19,293 nucleotides of DNA from Deinococcus radiodurans R1 = ATCC 13939 = DSM 20539 (GTDB taxonomy: Bacteria; Deinococcota; Deinococci; Deinococcales; Deinococcaceae): assembly GCF_000008565.1 (NCBI RefSeq), contig NC_001263.1, positions 1,407,054-1,426,346 on the forward strand. Direction: 5' to 3'. Shown here in pieces: positions 1 to 11,380 of this stretch. Each line of letters begins with the position of its first letter. Positions within the stretch are counted from its first letter, which is position 1. The notes under the pieces were generated by a model that saw only the letters and a list, made by a program, of their open reading frames with translations, ran no database searches and was not told where the DNA came from. The position numbers and the translations under genes are program-made.

Positions 1-170
1 CCGCTGGCGGTGTCGAGGGTCACGGGCAGGTCTTTGGTGGACAGCTCGGCGAGGGCCGCCTGCACCGCGCGGGTCAGCACTTCGCCCTGGGGACGCAGTT
101 TGACGCTCACGGCGTCCGCCCCTCCGAGCAGTGCGGGCAGCAGGGCGGCGAGCAACAGGGTTTTTCGCAT
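1..170 (-). CDS. 5' part of a secreted hypothetical protein; continues past the left window edge
   Basis: The reverse strand from ATG (168-170) reads MRKTLLLAALLPALLGGADAVSVKLRPQGEVLTRAVQAALAELSTKDLPVTLDTAS, with a clear signal peptide. An AAGGA Shine-Dalgarno-like motif lies about 5-8 nt upstream. Third codon positions are G/C-rich. It is absent from the ORF track because the window truncates it. Confidence 0.5.
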   Translation of the reverse strand, partial: MRKTLLLAALLPALLGGADAVSVKLRPQGEVLTRAVQAALAELSTKDLPVTLDTAS

Positions 171-193
171 GGCAGTTCCTTTCAAGCGGCGAC

Positions 194-667
194 TCATTGA
201 GCTCCCCGCGCCTTGCGGATGGCGTCACGCAGCGCGGCGGGGTCGGTGATGGGGCTCTCCGGGCCGCCCGCCGTCACCTTGCCGCCCTGCACCGGGTACC
301 AGCCCTGCGAAAAGCCCACCAGCGGACTGTCGAGGCGCCGGGCATAGAGCAAGGCGATAACTTCCTGCTTGGGCGTCAGCGCGGGCAGGTCCTGCGTGCC
401 CTGCAACACGAACAGCGCGGGTTTGCCCTCGAACTGCGGCAACGTCGCCGGGTCGCCGGCAATCACTTCGGCCACGTCGAGCGGATAGACCTGATAGGTC
501 ACGTCGCCTTCCTTGACGGTCTTGAGGGCGCCGAGGGTGGCCCGCACGATGACCTCGGCCCTCTGCGCCTGCTGCGTGAGGGTCAGCGGCGGCGCGGTGG
601 TCGCCTGCGCGGGCGTGAGGCTCAGGACGCCAGCCGCGAGCAGCGGCGTCAGCCAGCGCCGACTCAC
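194..667 (-). CDS. secreted hypothetical protein (157 aa)
   Basis: ORF track entry. The N-terminal signal peptide is MSRRWLTPLLAAGVLSLTPAQA. The GTG start (665-667) overlaps the TGA stop (664-666) of the upstream lipoprotein gene as GTGA, suggesting translational coupling. I recognise no domain. Confidence 0.65.
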   Translation of the reverse strand: MSRRWLTPLLAAGVLSLTPAQATTAPPLTLTQQAQRAEVIVRATLGALKTVKEGDVTYQVYPLDVAEVIAGDPATLPQFEGKPALFVLQGTQDLPALTPKQEVIALLYARRLDSPLVGFSQGWYPVQGGKVTAGGPESPITDPAALRDAIRKARGAQ

Positions 668-1761
668 GCGCCCCCCGTGCCGCTGGGCGGCGTGGGTTGA
701 GGAGCTGGAGCCGGCTGGGGAGCGGGTGCGGGCGCGGGCTGGTTCGCTGGAGGCGTTGGGGTGGGAACTGGGGGCGTGTTGGCTGGGGGCGTGGTCACTG
801 GAGGCAGCGTGGGCGGCAGCGACGGCGTGGGCAAAGCGGGCGAAGGCAGCGGGCCGCCCTCCACCGTGTCGGCGGGGGTAACGGTCTTGGGGTCCACAGT
901 TTTGGGGTCGGTGGCCTTCTGGTCAGTCGCCTTCTGGTCGGCGGCTTTCGGGTCAACCTTCGGGTCGCCCGGCTGCTCAGCGGGCTTGACCGGTTCGCTG
1001 CCGGGGCGCTTCTTGTCCACCAGCATCTTGCCGCTGCCGTCGCGGGCTTCGTAGCCCAGGGCGTCGGCCTTGAGGGTCACGGCCTTGGCGGGCTTGACGG
1101 TAATCAGGGCGATGCGGGCGTCGGGGCGCGGTACGGTGCGGAAGCCGAGGTCCACCGTCAGGACGCTGCCGCGCTGTTGCCAGAACACCACACTGCCAGC
1201 GTCGGCGGGCTGCACGCGGGTAACCTGCACATCCTTGCCGAGGTCCCAGCTCAGCCGGGCGGCGCGGACGGCGCGCGGGGCCTGAATGGTCACCGGGATA
1301 CGGGTTTCGCCGCGAATCTCGCCAGGAGGCAGCGTGGGTTTGAGCGCGAGCGGCGGCAGGGCGTCCACGTTCATGGTGTATTCCTGCACGCGGGTGCTGA
1401 GGTTGGCGTCGGTGGCCTGAATGGCAAAGGAGTAGCTGCCCGCTTTGGTCGGCGTGCCGCTGAGGGCGCCGCCCGCGAACTTCAGGCCCGGCGGCAGCGT
1501 GCCCGCCGTGAGGCGGTAGCCGTAAGGCCCCACGCCCCCGGTGACGCCCACTTGCACGTTGTAGGTTTCACCCACGTAGGACACGGGCAGGCTGCTCGGC
1601 TGAAAGGTCATCACGTCGGCGCGGCTGGTGGTCGAGGTGCCCACGGTGCCGCTGCCCGCGTTGCCGGTCGAGACCGAGCCGCAGCCCGCGAGCAGGCCGA
1701 TGAGCAGAGCCGCGCCGAGCAGCCGCCCGCCGGGGCCGGAAAGGAGTGGTGGCTGTGACAT
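664..1761 (-). CDS. lipoprotein with an Ig-like (He_PIG-type) domain, a possible cohesin-like beta domain and a Pro/Lys-rich repetitive tail (365 aa)
   Basis: I trimmed the 399-aa ORF to the internal ATG at 1759-1761. That start gives MSQPPLLSGPGGRLLGAALLIGLLAGC, a signal peptide with lipobox LLAGC, and has TAGACT 7 nt upstream. The motif GTLPPGLKFAGGALSGTPTKAGSYSFAIQATD is typical of putative Ig domains. The C-terminus holds xKxxD pentapeptide repeats and PAPAPQ low complexity. Confidence 0.75.
   Translation of the reverse strand: MSQPPLLSGPGGRLLGAALLIGLLAGCGSVSTGNAGSGTVGTSTTSRADVMTFQPSSLPVSYVGETYNVQVGVTGGVGPYGYRLTAGTLPPGLKFAGGALSGTPTKAGSYSFAIQATDANLSTRVQEYTMNVDALPPLALKPTLPPGEIRGETRIPVTIQAPRAVRAARLSWDLGKDVQVTRVQPADAGSVVFWQQRGSVLTVDLGFRTVPRPDARIALITVKPAKAVTLKADALGYEARDGSGKMLVDKKRPGSEPVKPAEQPGDPKVDPKAADQKATDQKATDPKTVDPKTVTPADTVEGGPLPSPALPTPSLPPTLPPVTTPPANTPPVPTPTPPANQPAPAPAPQPAPAPQPTPPSGTGGA
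877..966. repeat. about 6 tandem 15-nt imperfect repeats inside the lipoprotein CDS
   Basis: The units are gtccacagttttggg, gtcggtggccttctg, gtcagtcgccttctg, gtcggcggctttcgg and similar. They encode PKVD/PKAAD/QKATD/QKATD/PKTVD/PKTVT on the minus strand. Confidence 0.6.
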
Positions 1762-1768
1762 ACGCCGC

Positions 1769-1774
1769 AGTCTA
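1769..1774 (-). promoter_or_regulatory. -10 box TAGACT, 7 nt before the ATG of the lipoprotein gene (leaderless-type)
   Basis: The minus strand reads ggcTAGACTgcggcgtATG. The arrangement and hexamer match those at 9334-9339. Confidence 0.4.
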
Positions 1775-1910
1775 GCCGCCGCGCATGAAGGCTCGTGTGA
1801 CTCTGGGCCAATGAAGATGAGCCGGCAAGACAAAAAAACACGCCACGCGGCGACCCGGACCACATGAGAAAAGGGTCAAGAGGGCACGGGCCTTATAAGA
1901 TGGGAAGCGC

Positions 1911-3456
1911 ATGACCCTGTACCGCGCTGGCCCCCCCGACCCCCTGAGCGAGCTGAAAGGAGGCCAATTCACCGAACTGCAACGGACGTTCGGGACGCTC
2001 CAGGCCGAGTTCGAGCGCGGCCACGTCGCGGGCAGCGAGGTGCACGCGGCGTTCGCGGCGTTTGCCCGGCCCGACCCGGCGCTCGGGGGACCGCTCGGCG
2101 AATGGGAGCGGCGCTTTCCGGTGTCCTACGCGGCAAGGACGGCGCGGGCGCAGTGGTTGCTGGCGCGGGCGGCGGCGCTGCGTGGGGACCAGCCCGCGAG
2201 CCGGCTGTCCGACCTCGACTGGCGCGGCACGCTGCAACTGCTCGGCGAGGCCGAAGCGGTGGCCCGGCTCGCCCTGCGTCTGACCGTCAATCCGGCTGAC
2301 GGCGTGGTTGCTGGTGGGGCAGGCACGCAACCTCGCGGGCGGGCAACTGAGCCTGGACGACGTGCGAGCGGGGCGTTTTCCCGACTGGTACGTGCAGCCG
2401 CTGGCACACAATCCGCGCAGCCTCGCCCTGCGGCAAGTGATGCTGGGGCACCTGCGGCCCGAGTGGGGCGGCAGCGACGAGCAGATGTTCACCTTCGTGC
2501 GCGGGCAGGAGCAGGAGGAGCGGCTCGGCGCGGGCGACCGCCACCGCCTATGGGCCGACTACCACGCCTGGGCCGCGCACCACACGGTGCATTTTGCCGG
2601 CGACCTGGTGGGCGGAGTCGAGCGGGCGCGGCTGGCCGCCGACCTGTACGAGCCGCACAGTGCGGGCCTGTTCGCCGCCCTGACCCGCGCGCTCGCCCCC
2701 GACGCCGAGCGGCAGCGGGCGCTGGAGCGCTTTCTGGACGTGGCGGAACTCAACCCGGCGCTGCGTCTGCCGCCGCTGTTCGGCTGGGCGCTGTACAACA
2801 GTGACCGCTTTCTGGAACCGCTACTCCCGCGCGTGACCGAGCTGCTGCGGCGCTGGGCCATCGGGAGCGCGGCGGGGGGCGCGGGCGACGCCGAAGCCGC
2901 CGTGGTGCTGGGCCGACTGGTCATCCTCAACCGGCACTGGGCGCTGCCCGACCCGCTGCCGCTGTTGCTGCGGGCGCGCGACGAGGGCAGCCGCGAGGCC
3001 GCCGAAACCATCGTGCAGCTTCAGGAAGAGGGGCTGGGCCTGCGGGCCGCGCTGCGCGAGAGCAGCCTCAAGCGCATTGACGTGATGCACGCCGCCGAAC
3101 TCGGCAGCCCCGACATGTGCTGGCGCATCTACCAGAATTTCACGCCCTACCGCGAGCAGTTCCGGCTCGAAGGCTGGCAACGCGAGCGCTACTTGCTGCG
3201 CGCCGCCGACGCCGGGCAAAACGACGCCCGCTTCGAGCTGGCGCAGGCGCTGCGGGCCGGGGCGCTCGACATCGGTGAGGACGGCACGCCGCGCCCAGCG
3301 GGGGGGCAGCCGCGCCAGCAGGGGCTCGACTACGCCCGGCACCTGCTCGAACGCGCCGCCGCCGAGGACCACCCCGGCGCCCTGCACACCCTGCGCGCGG
3401 CCCACGACGGCGACTGGGACGCCGCCACCGCCCGCCCCCTGCGCCGGGGCGCCTGA
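1911..3456 (+). CDS. helical-repeat protein (DUF4034-like N-terminal two-thirds, Sel1-like C-terminal repeats); reading frame interrupted near 2284-2310
   Basis: ORF 1911.. looks protein-like only up to ..LALRLTVNPADG, about 2303, then becomes R/A/G/P-rich junk. ORF 2308..3456 is open from 2284 in the +1 frame and looks protein-like throughout (WLLVGQARNLAGG..LRPEWGGSDEQMFTFVRG..). Skipping one base near 2304 joins them into a protein of about 514 aa. TAAGAT lies at 1896-1901, upstream of the ATG at 1911. Confidence 0.55.
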
Positions 3457-3509
3457 GCGCGCGCCACCCCACCCACTGACCGGGCCTGCACGCGCCTCGC
3501 CGCGCCCAT

Positions 3510-3515
3510 TACACT
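3510..3515 (+). promoter_or_regulatory. -10 box TACACT, 6 nt before the GTG of nspC
   Basis: The sequence reads cccatTACACTggcgcgGTG, and there is no Shine-Dalgarno motif in between. Confidence 0.3.
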
Positions 3516-3521
3516 GGCGCG

Positions 3522-4768
<1,247 letters not shown>

Positions 4769-4772
<4 letters not shown>

Positions 4773-4827
4773 TACGGTTTCAAATAGCGCCCGGACATAT
4801 CCGGGACTCAATTTGAAACCGTATCAG
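4769..4827. repeat. 59-bp palindromic small intergenic repeat (SNR/MITE-like), probably a bidirectional terminator
   Basis: Perfect 17-bp inverted arms are ctgatacggtttcaaat (4769-4785) and atttgaaaccgtatcag (4811-4827). The inner hairpin is cccgga-cata-tccggg. A 41-nt stretch (4787-4827) recurs 40/41 identical at 11481-11521. Confidence 0.8.
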
Positions 4828-6593
4828 AACGGCCACACCAGCGGAATCACCACCATGGACACCGCGAAGGCGAGCAGCGTCAGCCCGGCACCCACCCGCA
4901 CGAAGTCCATGAAGGTGTAGTGGCCGGGGCCGTAGACGAGCATGCACGACGGCTCCAGCGGGGTGATGAACGAGTTGCTCGCCGCCACCGTGATGCCGAT
5001 GACGAAGGGCCGGGGGTCGTAGCCCAGCGCCTTGGCGGTGCCGATGGCGAGGGGCAGCATGACGAGCGCGGCGGCCTGGTTGCTCATCGGCTGCGTGAGA
5101 ATGACCGTGACGAGGAACAGCGCCCCGAGCAGGCCGTAGGGGCCGAGCGGTTCCAGCACGCCCGAGAGCGCTCCGGTGAGGACCTTGGCCGCGCCGGTCT
5201 GCTCGAAGGCGGTGCCGAAGGCGAGCATGCAGGCGACGAGGACAATGACCGGCCATTCCACGCTCCCATAGGCTTCTTCTGGCGTAATCAGGCGTAGGAT
5301 GAGGCTGAGCGCTGCCGCCACCACCACCGCCACGCCGAGCGGGACCACACCCGTCGCCCCCAGCGCCACCGCCCCGAGAAACAGCAGCAGCGCGAGGGGG
5401 GCTTTTTTCAGGTCGCTCTGCTGGTCGGTCAGGTCGCCGAGCACGGCGAAGCGGTCGCCGAGGCGCGCCACCCGGTCGGCCTGGCCCTGGATGAGCAGCA
5501 CGTCGCCCACCCGGATGCGCAGCTGGCCGAGCCGCTCCACGGTGCGTTCGCGGCGGTGCAGGGCGAGCACGCTCAGGCCGTAGCGCTCGCGAAACTGCGC
5601 CTCGCGCAGCGTGCGGCCCAGCAGCGGCGAACCGGGCAGCACCACCGCTTCGACCAGCCGCACGGTGGCCCCCGGCGTGCCCCCCTCAGCGGCCAGCATC
5701 TTCTGCTCGCTGCGGCTGACCACGCCGAGGTTGGTCTTGCCCGCCAGAATCCGCTCGGTGGGGCCTTCCAGTGCCAGGGTGTCGCCCTCCTGAATGATGA
5801 AATCGGCCCCCGGCGCATACGAAGTCAGCCCTTCCCCGCCCGGCCCGGCGCGGCGCACTGCGACCACCGTCAGCCCGTGGTCGCGCCCCAGCCCCGACTC
5901 GCGCAGGCTTTGGCCGATGAGTGGACTGCCCGGCGCCACCGTGAGGTCGGCGAGGTAGGCACGCAGGGTGTCTTCCAGTTGTGCTTCACGGTCCGGCAGC
6001 AGTTTGGGGGCGACGAAAAAGAGGTAGAGCAGCCCGACGAGGGCCACCGGCACCCCTACCCAGGCGAGTTCGAAAAACCCCAGCGGCTTGAGACCCGTCG
6101 CCGGCAATGCCCCCGACACCACGAGGTTGGTGCTCGTCCCAATGACGGTGATGGTCCCGCCGAGGATGCTGGCAAAGGCGAGCGGCATCAGCGAGCGGCT
6201 GGCAGGAATCCCCGCGCGGCGCGACAGGCCCGAGACGACCGGCAAAAAAACGGCGGTGGTCGCGGTGTTGGAGGTCAGCGAGCTGACGCCCGCCACCGTT
6301 CCCAGCATCGCCCGCAGCATCGCGTTGGCATTGCGGGCGCGCCGGGCGAGCGCGTGCCCGATCCACTCGATGACCCCCGCCCGCAGCAGCACCCGCGTCA
6401 GGATGAACAGCGAAGCGAGGGTGAGCACCGTGTCACTGCCGAAGCCCGCAAAGGCTTCCTTGGGCTTCAGGAGCCCGAACAGCAGCAGCGCCGAGAGCAG
6501 CCCCAGCGCCGTGACGTCCACTGGCAGCCACTCGGTGGCGAACAGGACGAGCGCGACCACGAACAGAATAAGCAAGATGGTGACGGGGTCCAT
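4824..6593 (-). CDS. SLC13/DASS-family anion permease with two central TrkA-C domains (589 aa)
   Basis: Hydrophobic N- and C-terminal transporter halves flank two TrkA-C-like segments (LTVAPGSPLIGQSLRESGL..FIIQEGDTLALEG and VVLPGSPLLGRTLREAQFRERYG..IRVGDVLLIQG). An AAGGAG Shine-Dalgarno motif lies 5 nt before the ATG at 6591-6593. Confidence 0.88.
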   Translation of the reverse strand: MDPVTILLILFVVALVLFATEWLPVDVTALGLLSALLLFGLLKPKEAFAGFGSDTVLTLASLFILTRVLLRAGVIEWIGHALARRARNANAMLRAMLGTVAGVSSLTSNTATTAVFLPVVSGLSRRAGIPASRSLMPLAFASILGGTITVIGTSTNLVVSGALPATGLKPLGFFELAWVGVPVALVGLLYLFFVAPKLLPDREAQLEDTLRAYLADLTVAPGSPLIGQSLRESGLGRDHGLTVVAVRRAGPGGEGLTSYAPGADFIIQEGDTLALEGPTERILAGKTNLGVVSRSEQKMLAAEGGTPGATVRLVEAVVLPGSPLLGRTLREAQFRERYGLSVLALHRRERTVERLGQLRIRVGDVLLIQGQADRVARLGDRFAVLGDLTDQQSDLKKAPLALLLFLGAVALGATGVVPLGVAVVVAAALSLILRLITPEEAYGSVEWPVIVLVACMLAFGTAFEQTGAAKVLTGALSGVLEPLGPYGLLGALFLVTVILTQPMSNQAAALVMLPLAIGTAKALGYDPRPFVIGITVAASNSFITPLEPSCMLVYGPGHYTFMDFVRVGAGLTLLAFAVSMVVIPLVWPF

Positions 6594-6689
6594 GCGGGCT
6601 CCTTGCGGGGGAAAAGAGTCAGGGCATAAGCAAAAGGAAAGCCGGGGCCAGGGCCTCAGCTTTTGTCCTCACGGCGCGGTGGGCATGAG

Positions 6690-7778
6690 CTAGCCGCCCA
6701 CCAGCCGGGTCAGAGCGGAGGTCAGCACCGCCACCGCCCGGTCGTACTCGGCTAGGTCGAGACGTTCCTCGGGCGTGTGGTCGAGCGCCGAGTCGCCGGG
6801 GCCGTAGGCGAGGGTCGGCACCGGCCAGAGTTCGGCCACCACGTTCATGTCGCTGGTGCCGGTCTTGACCTTGAAGGTCGGCGTCCCCCCCTGCTCGCGG
6901 ATGGCGACCCGCAGCGCCCGGGTCAGTGCATTGTCCTTGGGATGCCGCACCGCCGACTCGTGGCCGGTGAAGGTAAGGTCGGCGCCCAGCCCTGCGAACG
7001 CCTGTTCGATGGCTTCCTCGGCCTGATACGGCGCAAGCGCAGGCGGCAGGCGCAGACCGATGGTGGCCCAGGCCCGCTGCGTGAGCCCGTCGCCCGAGCT
7101 GCCGAGGTCTTGCAACGTCACCTGCACGCGGTCGAAAATGCCGCCCCCCCCACTGTCTGCTGGGGCAAATCCGGCGGCCCACTCGCGCACCCGCTGCCAG
7201 CCGAGGGTGAGGTCGTCGGCGGCGGAGGTACCGTCGCCCGCCGTGTGGAAGTTGTCTTTTTCCACCCGGACTTTTGCTACCAGCCGGCCCTTGTACCCCA
7301 GCGTCAGCCCGGCCCAGCCGCTCGGTTCACCGATCAAAACGAAATCGGGCCGGTGCTGGCGCATGGCGTACCGGGCGCCCTTGCTGCTCGGCGCCTCCTC
7401 CTCGGTGGCGCCGATGCAGACGAAGCGGGCGGCGCTCAGCGCCTCGGGGGGCAGAGCCGACACCGCCGCGATGAAGGTGCAGAGGCTCCCCTTGGCGTCC
7501 ACACTGCCGCGTCCGTGCAGCACGCCCGCCTCGTCCACCCGCACCGGAATGTCGCCGGGCACGGTGTCCATGTGCCCGAGCAGCGCGACGGTGAGTGGGC
7601 CACTCCCGCGCACGCCCACCGCGTTGCCCGCCTCGTCCACCTGAGCGTCGAAGCCGCGCCGCGCCATCCAGTCGCGCAGGAACGCGGCGATGGCCTGCTC
7701 CTCGCCCGACAGGGAGGGGATGCTGACCGCCTGCCGAATCAGCTCGCGGGCGGCCTGCGCGTCCGGCGTGGGGGTCAC
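6690..7778 (-). CDS. lysK: [LysW]-lysine hydrolase / acetyl-lysine deacetylase, M20 family (alpha-aminoadipate lysine pathway)
   Basis: The 362-aa ORF carries M20 metal-ligand blocks: [51 protein letters not shown] and [26 protein letters not shown] recall these matching Thermus LysK closely. The GTG start (7776-7778) overlaps the upstream stop as GTGA. Confidence 0.82.
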   Translation of the reverse strand: MTPTPDAQAARELIRQAVSIPSLSGEEQAIAAFLRDWMARRGFDAQVDEAGNAVGVRGSGPLTVALLGHMDTVPGDIPVRVDEAGVLHGRGSVDAKGSLCTFIAAVSALPPEALSAARFVCIGATEEEAPSSKGARYAMRQHRPDFVLIGEPSGWAGLTLGYKGRLVAKVRVEKDNFHTAGDGTSAADDLTLGWQRVREWAAGFAPADSGGGGIFDRVQVTLQDLGSSGDGLTQRAWATIGLRLPPALAPYQAEEAIEQAFAGLGADLTFTGHESAVRHPKDNALTRALRVAIREQGGTPTFKVKTGTSDMNVVAELWPVPTLAYGPGDSALDHTPEERLDLAEYDRAVAVLTSALTRLVGG

Positions 7779-9091
7779 CCGTGACGCTCCGGGGTGTTCT
7801 CGTCGGCTTCTGTGGAGTTGAAAGTTGCCTGTTCATCCGGCTCAGCGGGAACAGGTTCATCTTCCGCCGCCTCCGGCCCGGCGAGCACCGCCGCCTGAAT
7901 GGTCTGCAACTGAGCGAGTTCGGCCACGCTGAGCAGAGCGATGGCGCCCACGACGCCCGCAATCAGCACCCAGAGGGCGAGCAGCCGCTGGGCATTGCCG
8001 AACATCAGCAGCGCGGTGACGATGGCCCCGATGACGAGGACGCCGGCGAGCAGCCGCAGTCGCCCCGGCACGCCGCGCACCCGTCCGGCCTGGGTACCGA
8101 GGTCGCGGCTGGTGTAGTTCAGCGGCTCGGTGGGCGGGACGTGGGGCGGAGCGGGGCTGACCGGTGCTACAGCAACGGTGTGAGCTTCCGGGGCATGGGG
8201 CACGGCCTCATATTCGGGCGTGTCGGCGTGCGGTGCGGGCGACTGAACGACGGGCGGCTGAGGCGCGGCCACGATGTGCTGTTCTCCCAGGACCGGCCCG
8301 CTGGGGGCAGGACTGGCGGGCGCCGGGGCCGGCTGGCCCGAGGTCGGGTGACGCACCGCGCGGATTTCCACCGAGCCGGGCGGGGGCAGGTTGCGGCCCA
8401 GCCCACTGCCGACGGCGCCGCTCAGGCCCAGGCCGTTTTCGCGGGGGCTGCGGGCATCCGCCGCGAGCTGCTCGCGCTGCCCACCCCGGTTGACAGTGAT
8501 GCGGGGGGCCGGGCTGGAAAACCGCTGCGTCTCGGATTCCGGGCGCCGCACGGCGGTCACGCTCACGCCCTGCTCGGGGTCGGGGCTGGGCTCAGGCGCC
8601 GGAGCGCGGGCCGGCTCAGCACGCGGGGTCGGTGCGGGCCGGGGCGCCGGGCTGCTCGCGGCAGGTTCCTCGGCGCGGCTGGAGGCCACGTCTTCGGAGC
8701 GCCGGGGGGCGGGGGTATCAACCGGTGCCTGCGCGGGCGCACTGGGGGCGCTCGCCGGGGACGGAGGGGTCAGCGGCGGGGGGGTCAGCGCCTTGATCTT
8801 CGCCGTCACGTCGCGGACCTGACCGAAAAACTGCTGCACAGCGTCGCCGTCGAACCCGATCAGGCTGGCGCTCATTGCCACGCCCGCCGGGGTTTCCACA
8901 CGTAGGGTGCCCTCAGCGTCGCTGTGGATGCGCGAAAGGTCGCGCAGGGTCACGCGGCGGGTGCCGTGTCCGTCGTGGAAAATCAGGTGCTCGCCGGTCA
9001 GGGCGAACAGGCCGGAGCCGCCTTCAAGCGAGGCGAGGGCCGGCCCCCGCACGCCGCTGGCATTTAATACCGCTTCTGCCCGTTGACTCAT
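7775..9091 (-). CDS. membrane-anchored hypothetical protein (438 aa): small N-terminal globular domain, long Pro/Ala/Ser-rich linker, two C-terminal TM helices, acidic tail
   Basis: I trimmed the 694-aa ORF because its first ~170 codons are antisense to the aminotransferase gene. The ATG at 9089-9091 has an AGGAGG motif 8 nt upstream. The upstream extension has clearly lower GC3. The alternative ATG at 9197-9199 sits 8 nt after a TATGCT box. The TM helices are [21 protein letters not shown] and [20 protein letters not shown]. Confidence 0.65.
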   Translation of the reverse strand: MSQRAEAVLNASGVRGPALASLEGGSGLFALTGEHLIFHDGHGTRRVTLRDLSRIHSDAEGTLRVETPAGVAMSASLIGFDGDAVQQFFGQVRDVTAKIKALTPPPLTPPSPASAPSAPAQAPVDTPAPRRSEDVASSRAEEPAASSPAPRPAPTPRAEPARAPAPEPSPDPEQGVSVTAVRRPESETQRFSSPAPRITVNRGGQREQLAADARSPRENGLGLSGAVGSGLGRNLPPPGSVEIRAVRHPTSGQPAPAPASPAPSGPVLGEQHIVAAPQPPVVQSPAPHADTPEYEAVPHAPEAHTVAVAPVSPAPPHVPPTEPLNYTSRDLGTQAGRVRGVPGRLRLLAGVLVIGAIVTALLMFGNAQRLLALWVLIAGVVGAIALLSVAELAQLQTIQAAVLAGPEAAEDEPVPAEPDEQATFNSTEADENTPERHG

Positions 9092-9207
9092 GTGCTGGCC
9101 TCCTGTCGGGCCTTCCGGAGGGGTCTGGGAGGCGCCTTCCGCAGCGGCAGTTTCGCCGCCCGCGCTCCCGGCGTCACCACTATGCTCGTCACGCTTCATC
9201 GCGGCCC

Positions 9208-9213
9208 AGCATA
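9208..9213 (-). promoter_or_regulatory. -10 box TATGCT for the hypothetical/lysK/permease unit
   Basis: The minus strand reads ccggTATGCTgggccgcgATG. It would give either a leaderless start at 9199 or a 5' UTR of about 110 nt for the SD-led start at 9091. Confidence 0.3.
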
Positions 9214-9333
9214 CCGGGTCTGGTCCGGGGGCCGGGATGGGGGAAGATTTATCGTCGTGCGCTGAAGCTGTCGGCAGACTCAGTTGCAGTTGCAGTTCCG
9301 GTCCCGGGGAGCGCCTGTCTGCCGAGTGCCCGC

Positions 9334-9339
9334 TAGACT
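9334..9339 (+). promoter_or_regulatory. -10 box TAGACT, 7 nt before the ATG of the aminotransferase (leaderless-type)
   Basis: The sequence reads cgcTAGACTctggcgcATG. Confidence 0.4.
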
Positions 9340-9346
9340 CTGGCGC

Positions 9347-10822
<1,476 letters not shown>

Positions 10823-10843
10823 AGCGCGACGTACGGCTGACGC

Positions 10844-11362
10844 TCAGGCCAGCCCGCACGCCCGTTGCAGCAGCAGATGCACCTCGTCGCGGCTGAGGCG
10901 GCGCGGGCGCAGGGTCAGGCCGCTCGGCAACGGCGCGGGCCGGTCCGGGCGCGGCTGATAGCCGAACTCGGGCCGCGCCACCAGTTCGCGCCCGCTCGTC
11001 AGGGCGACCACGAAGTCGAGCCGCAGCACGTAATCGGTGTTCAGCAGCTCGCGCAGTGGCCCCACGTCCCCGGCAAGCAGGGCGACGAGGGCAGGATGCG
11101 GAGCGAAGCCGTCTTCCAGGTCGCGCAACAGCGGCGCGGGGTCGAGCAGCAGCCCCGCGCCGGGCAGCTCATACCCCGCGACGCGGCGCCGGGCGCTGTC
11201 GGGGCTGTCGCCGCGCACCACACTCACCTGCCGCCCGGCCCGCGCCGCCCCGGCGAGCAGTTGCCACAGCCGCCCCAGGCTGGAATAGGTCGCCAGGCCC
11301 AGGTAGCCGGCAGGTTTGCCCGCGATGGGCCGGGTGGGGCGCTCGGCGGCAGAAGAGGTCAC
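10844..11362 (-). CDS. hypothetical protein (about 172 aa)
   Basis: GC3 is strongly coding-like (e.g. ..gac ttc gtg gtc gcc ctg acg agc ggg cgc gaa ctg gtg..). The 210-aa ORF's first 38 codons run into a repeat element. I therefore prefer the GTG at 11360-11362, which has CACAAT 6 nt upstream. I recognise no domain. Confidence 0.5.
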   Translation of the reverse strand: MTSSAAERPTRPIAGKPAGYLGLATYSSLGRLWQLLAGAARAGRQVSVVRGDSPDSARRRVAGYELPGAGLLLDPAPLLRDLEDGFAPHPALVALLAGDVGPLRELLNTDYVLRLDFVVALTSGRELVARPEFGYQPRPDRPAPLPSGLTLRPRRLSRDEVHLLLQRACGLA

Positions 11363-11368
11363 GGAGGC

Positions 11369-11374
11369 ATTGTG
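11369..11374 (-). promoter_or_regulatory. -10-like CACAAT, 6 nt before the GTG of the hypothetical gene
   Basis: The minus strand reads ctggCACAATgcctccGTG, the same geometry as nspC. Confidence 0.25.
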
Positions 11375-11380
11375 CCAGAG

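Noticed and set aside
877-966. The 15-nt tandem repeats, considered as a CRISPR or other noncoding array.
   Set aside because: The units are contiguous with no spacers, in frame, and encode a pentapeptide repeat inside a well-supported CDS.
1832-1852. An A7 run next to a cgcc-acgc-ggcg mini-hairpin, which would be a hairpin plus T-run on the minus strand. I considered it as a terminator or small RNA 3' end in the divergent region.
   Set aside because: The stem is only 4 bp, and no upstream minus-strand transcription unit is present for it to terminate. Chance is the likeliest explanation.
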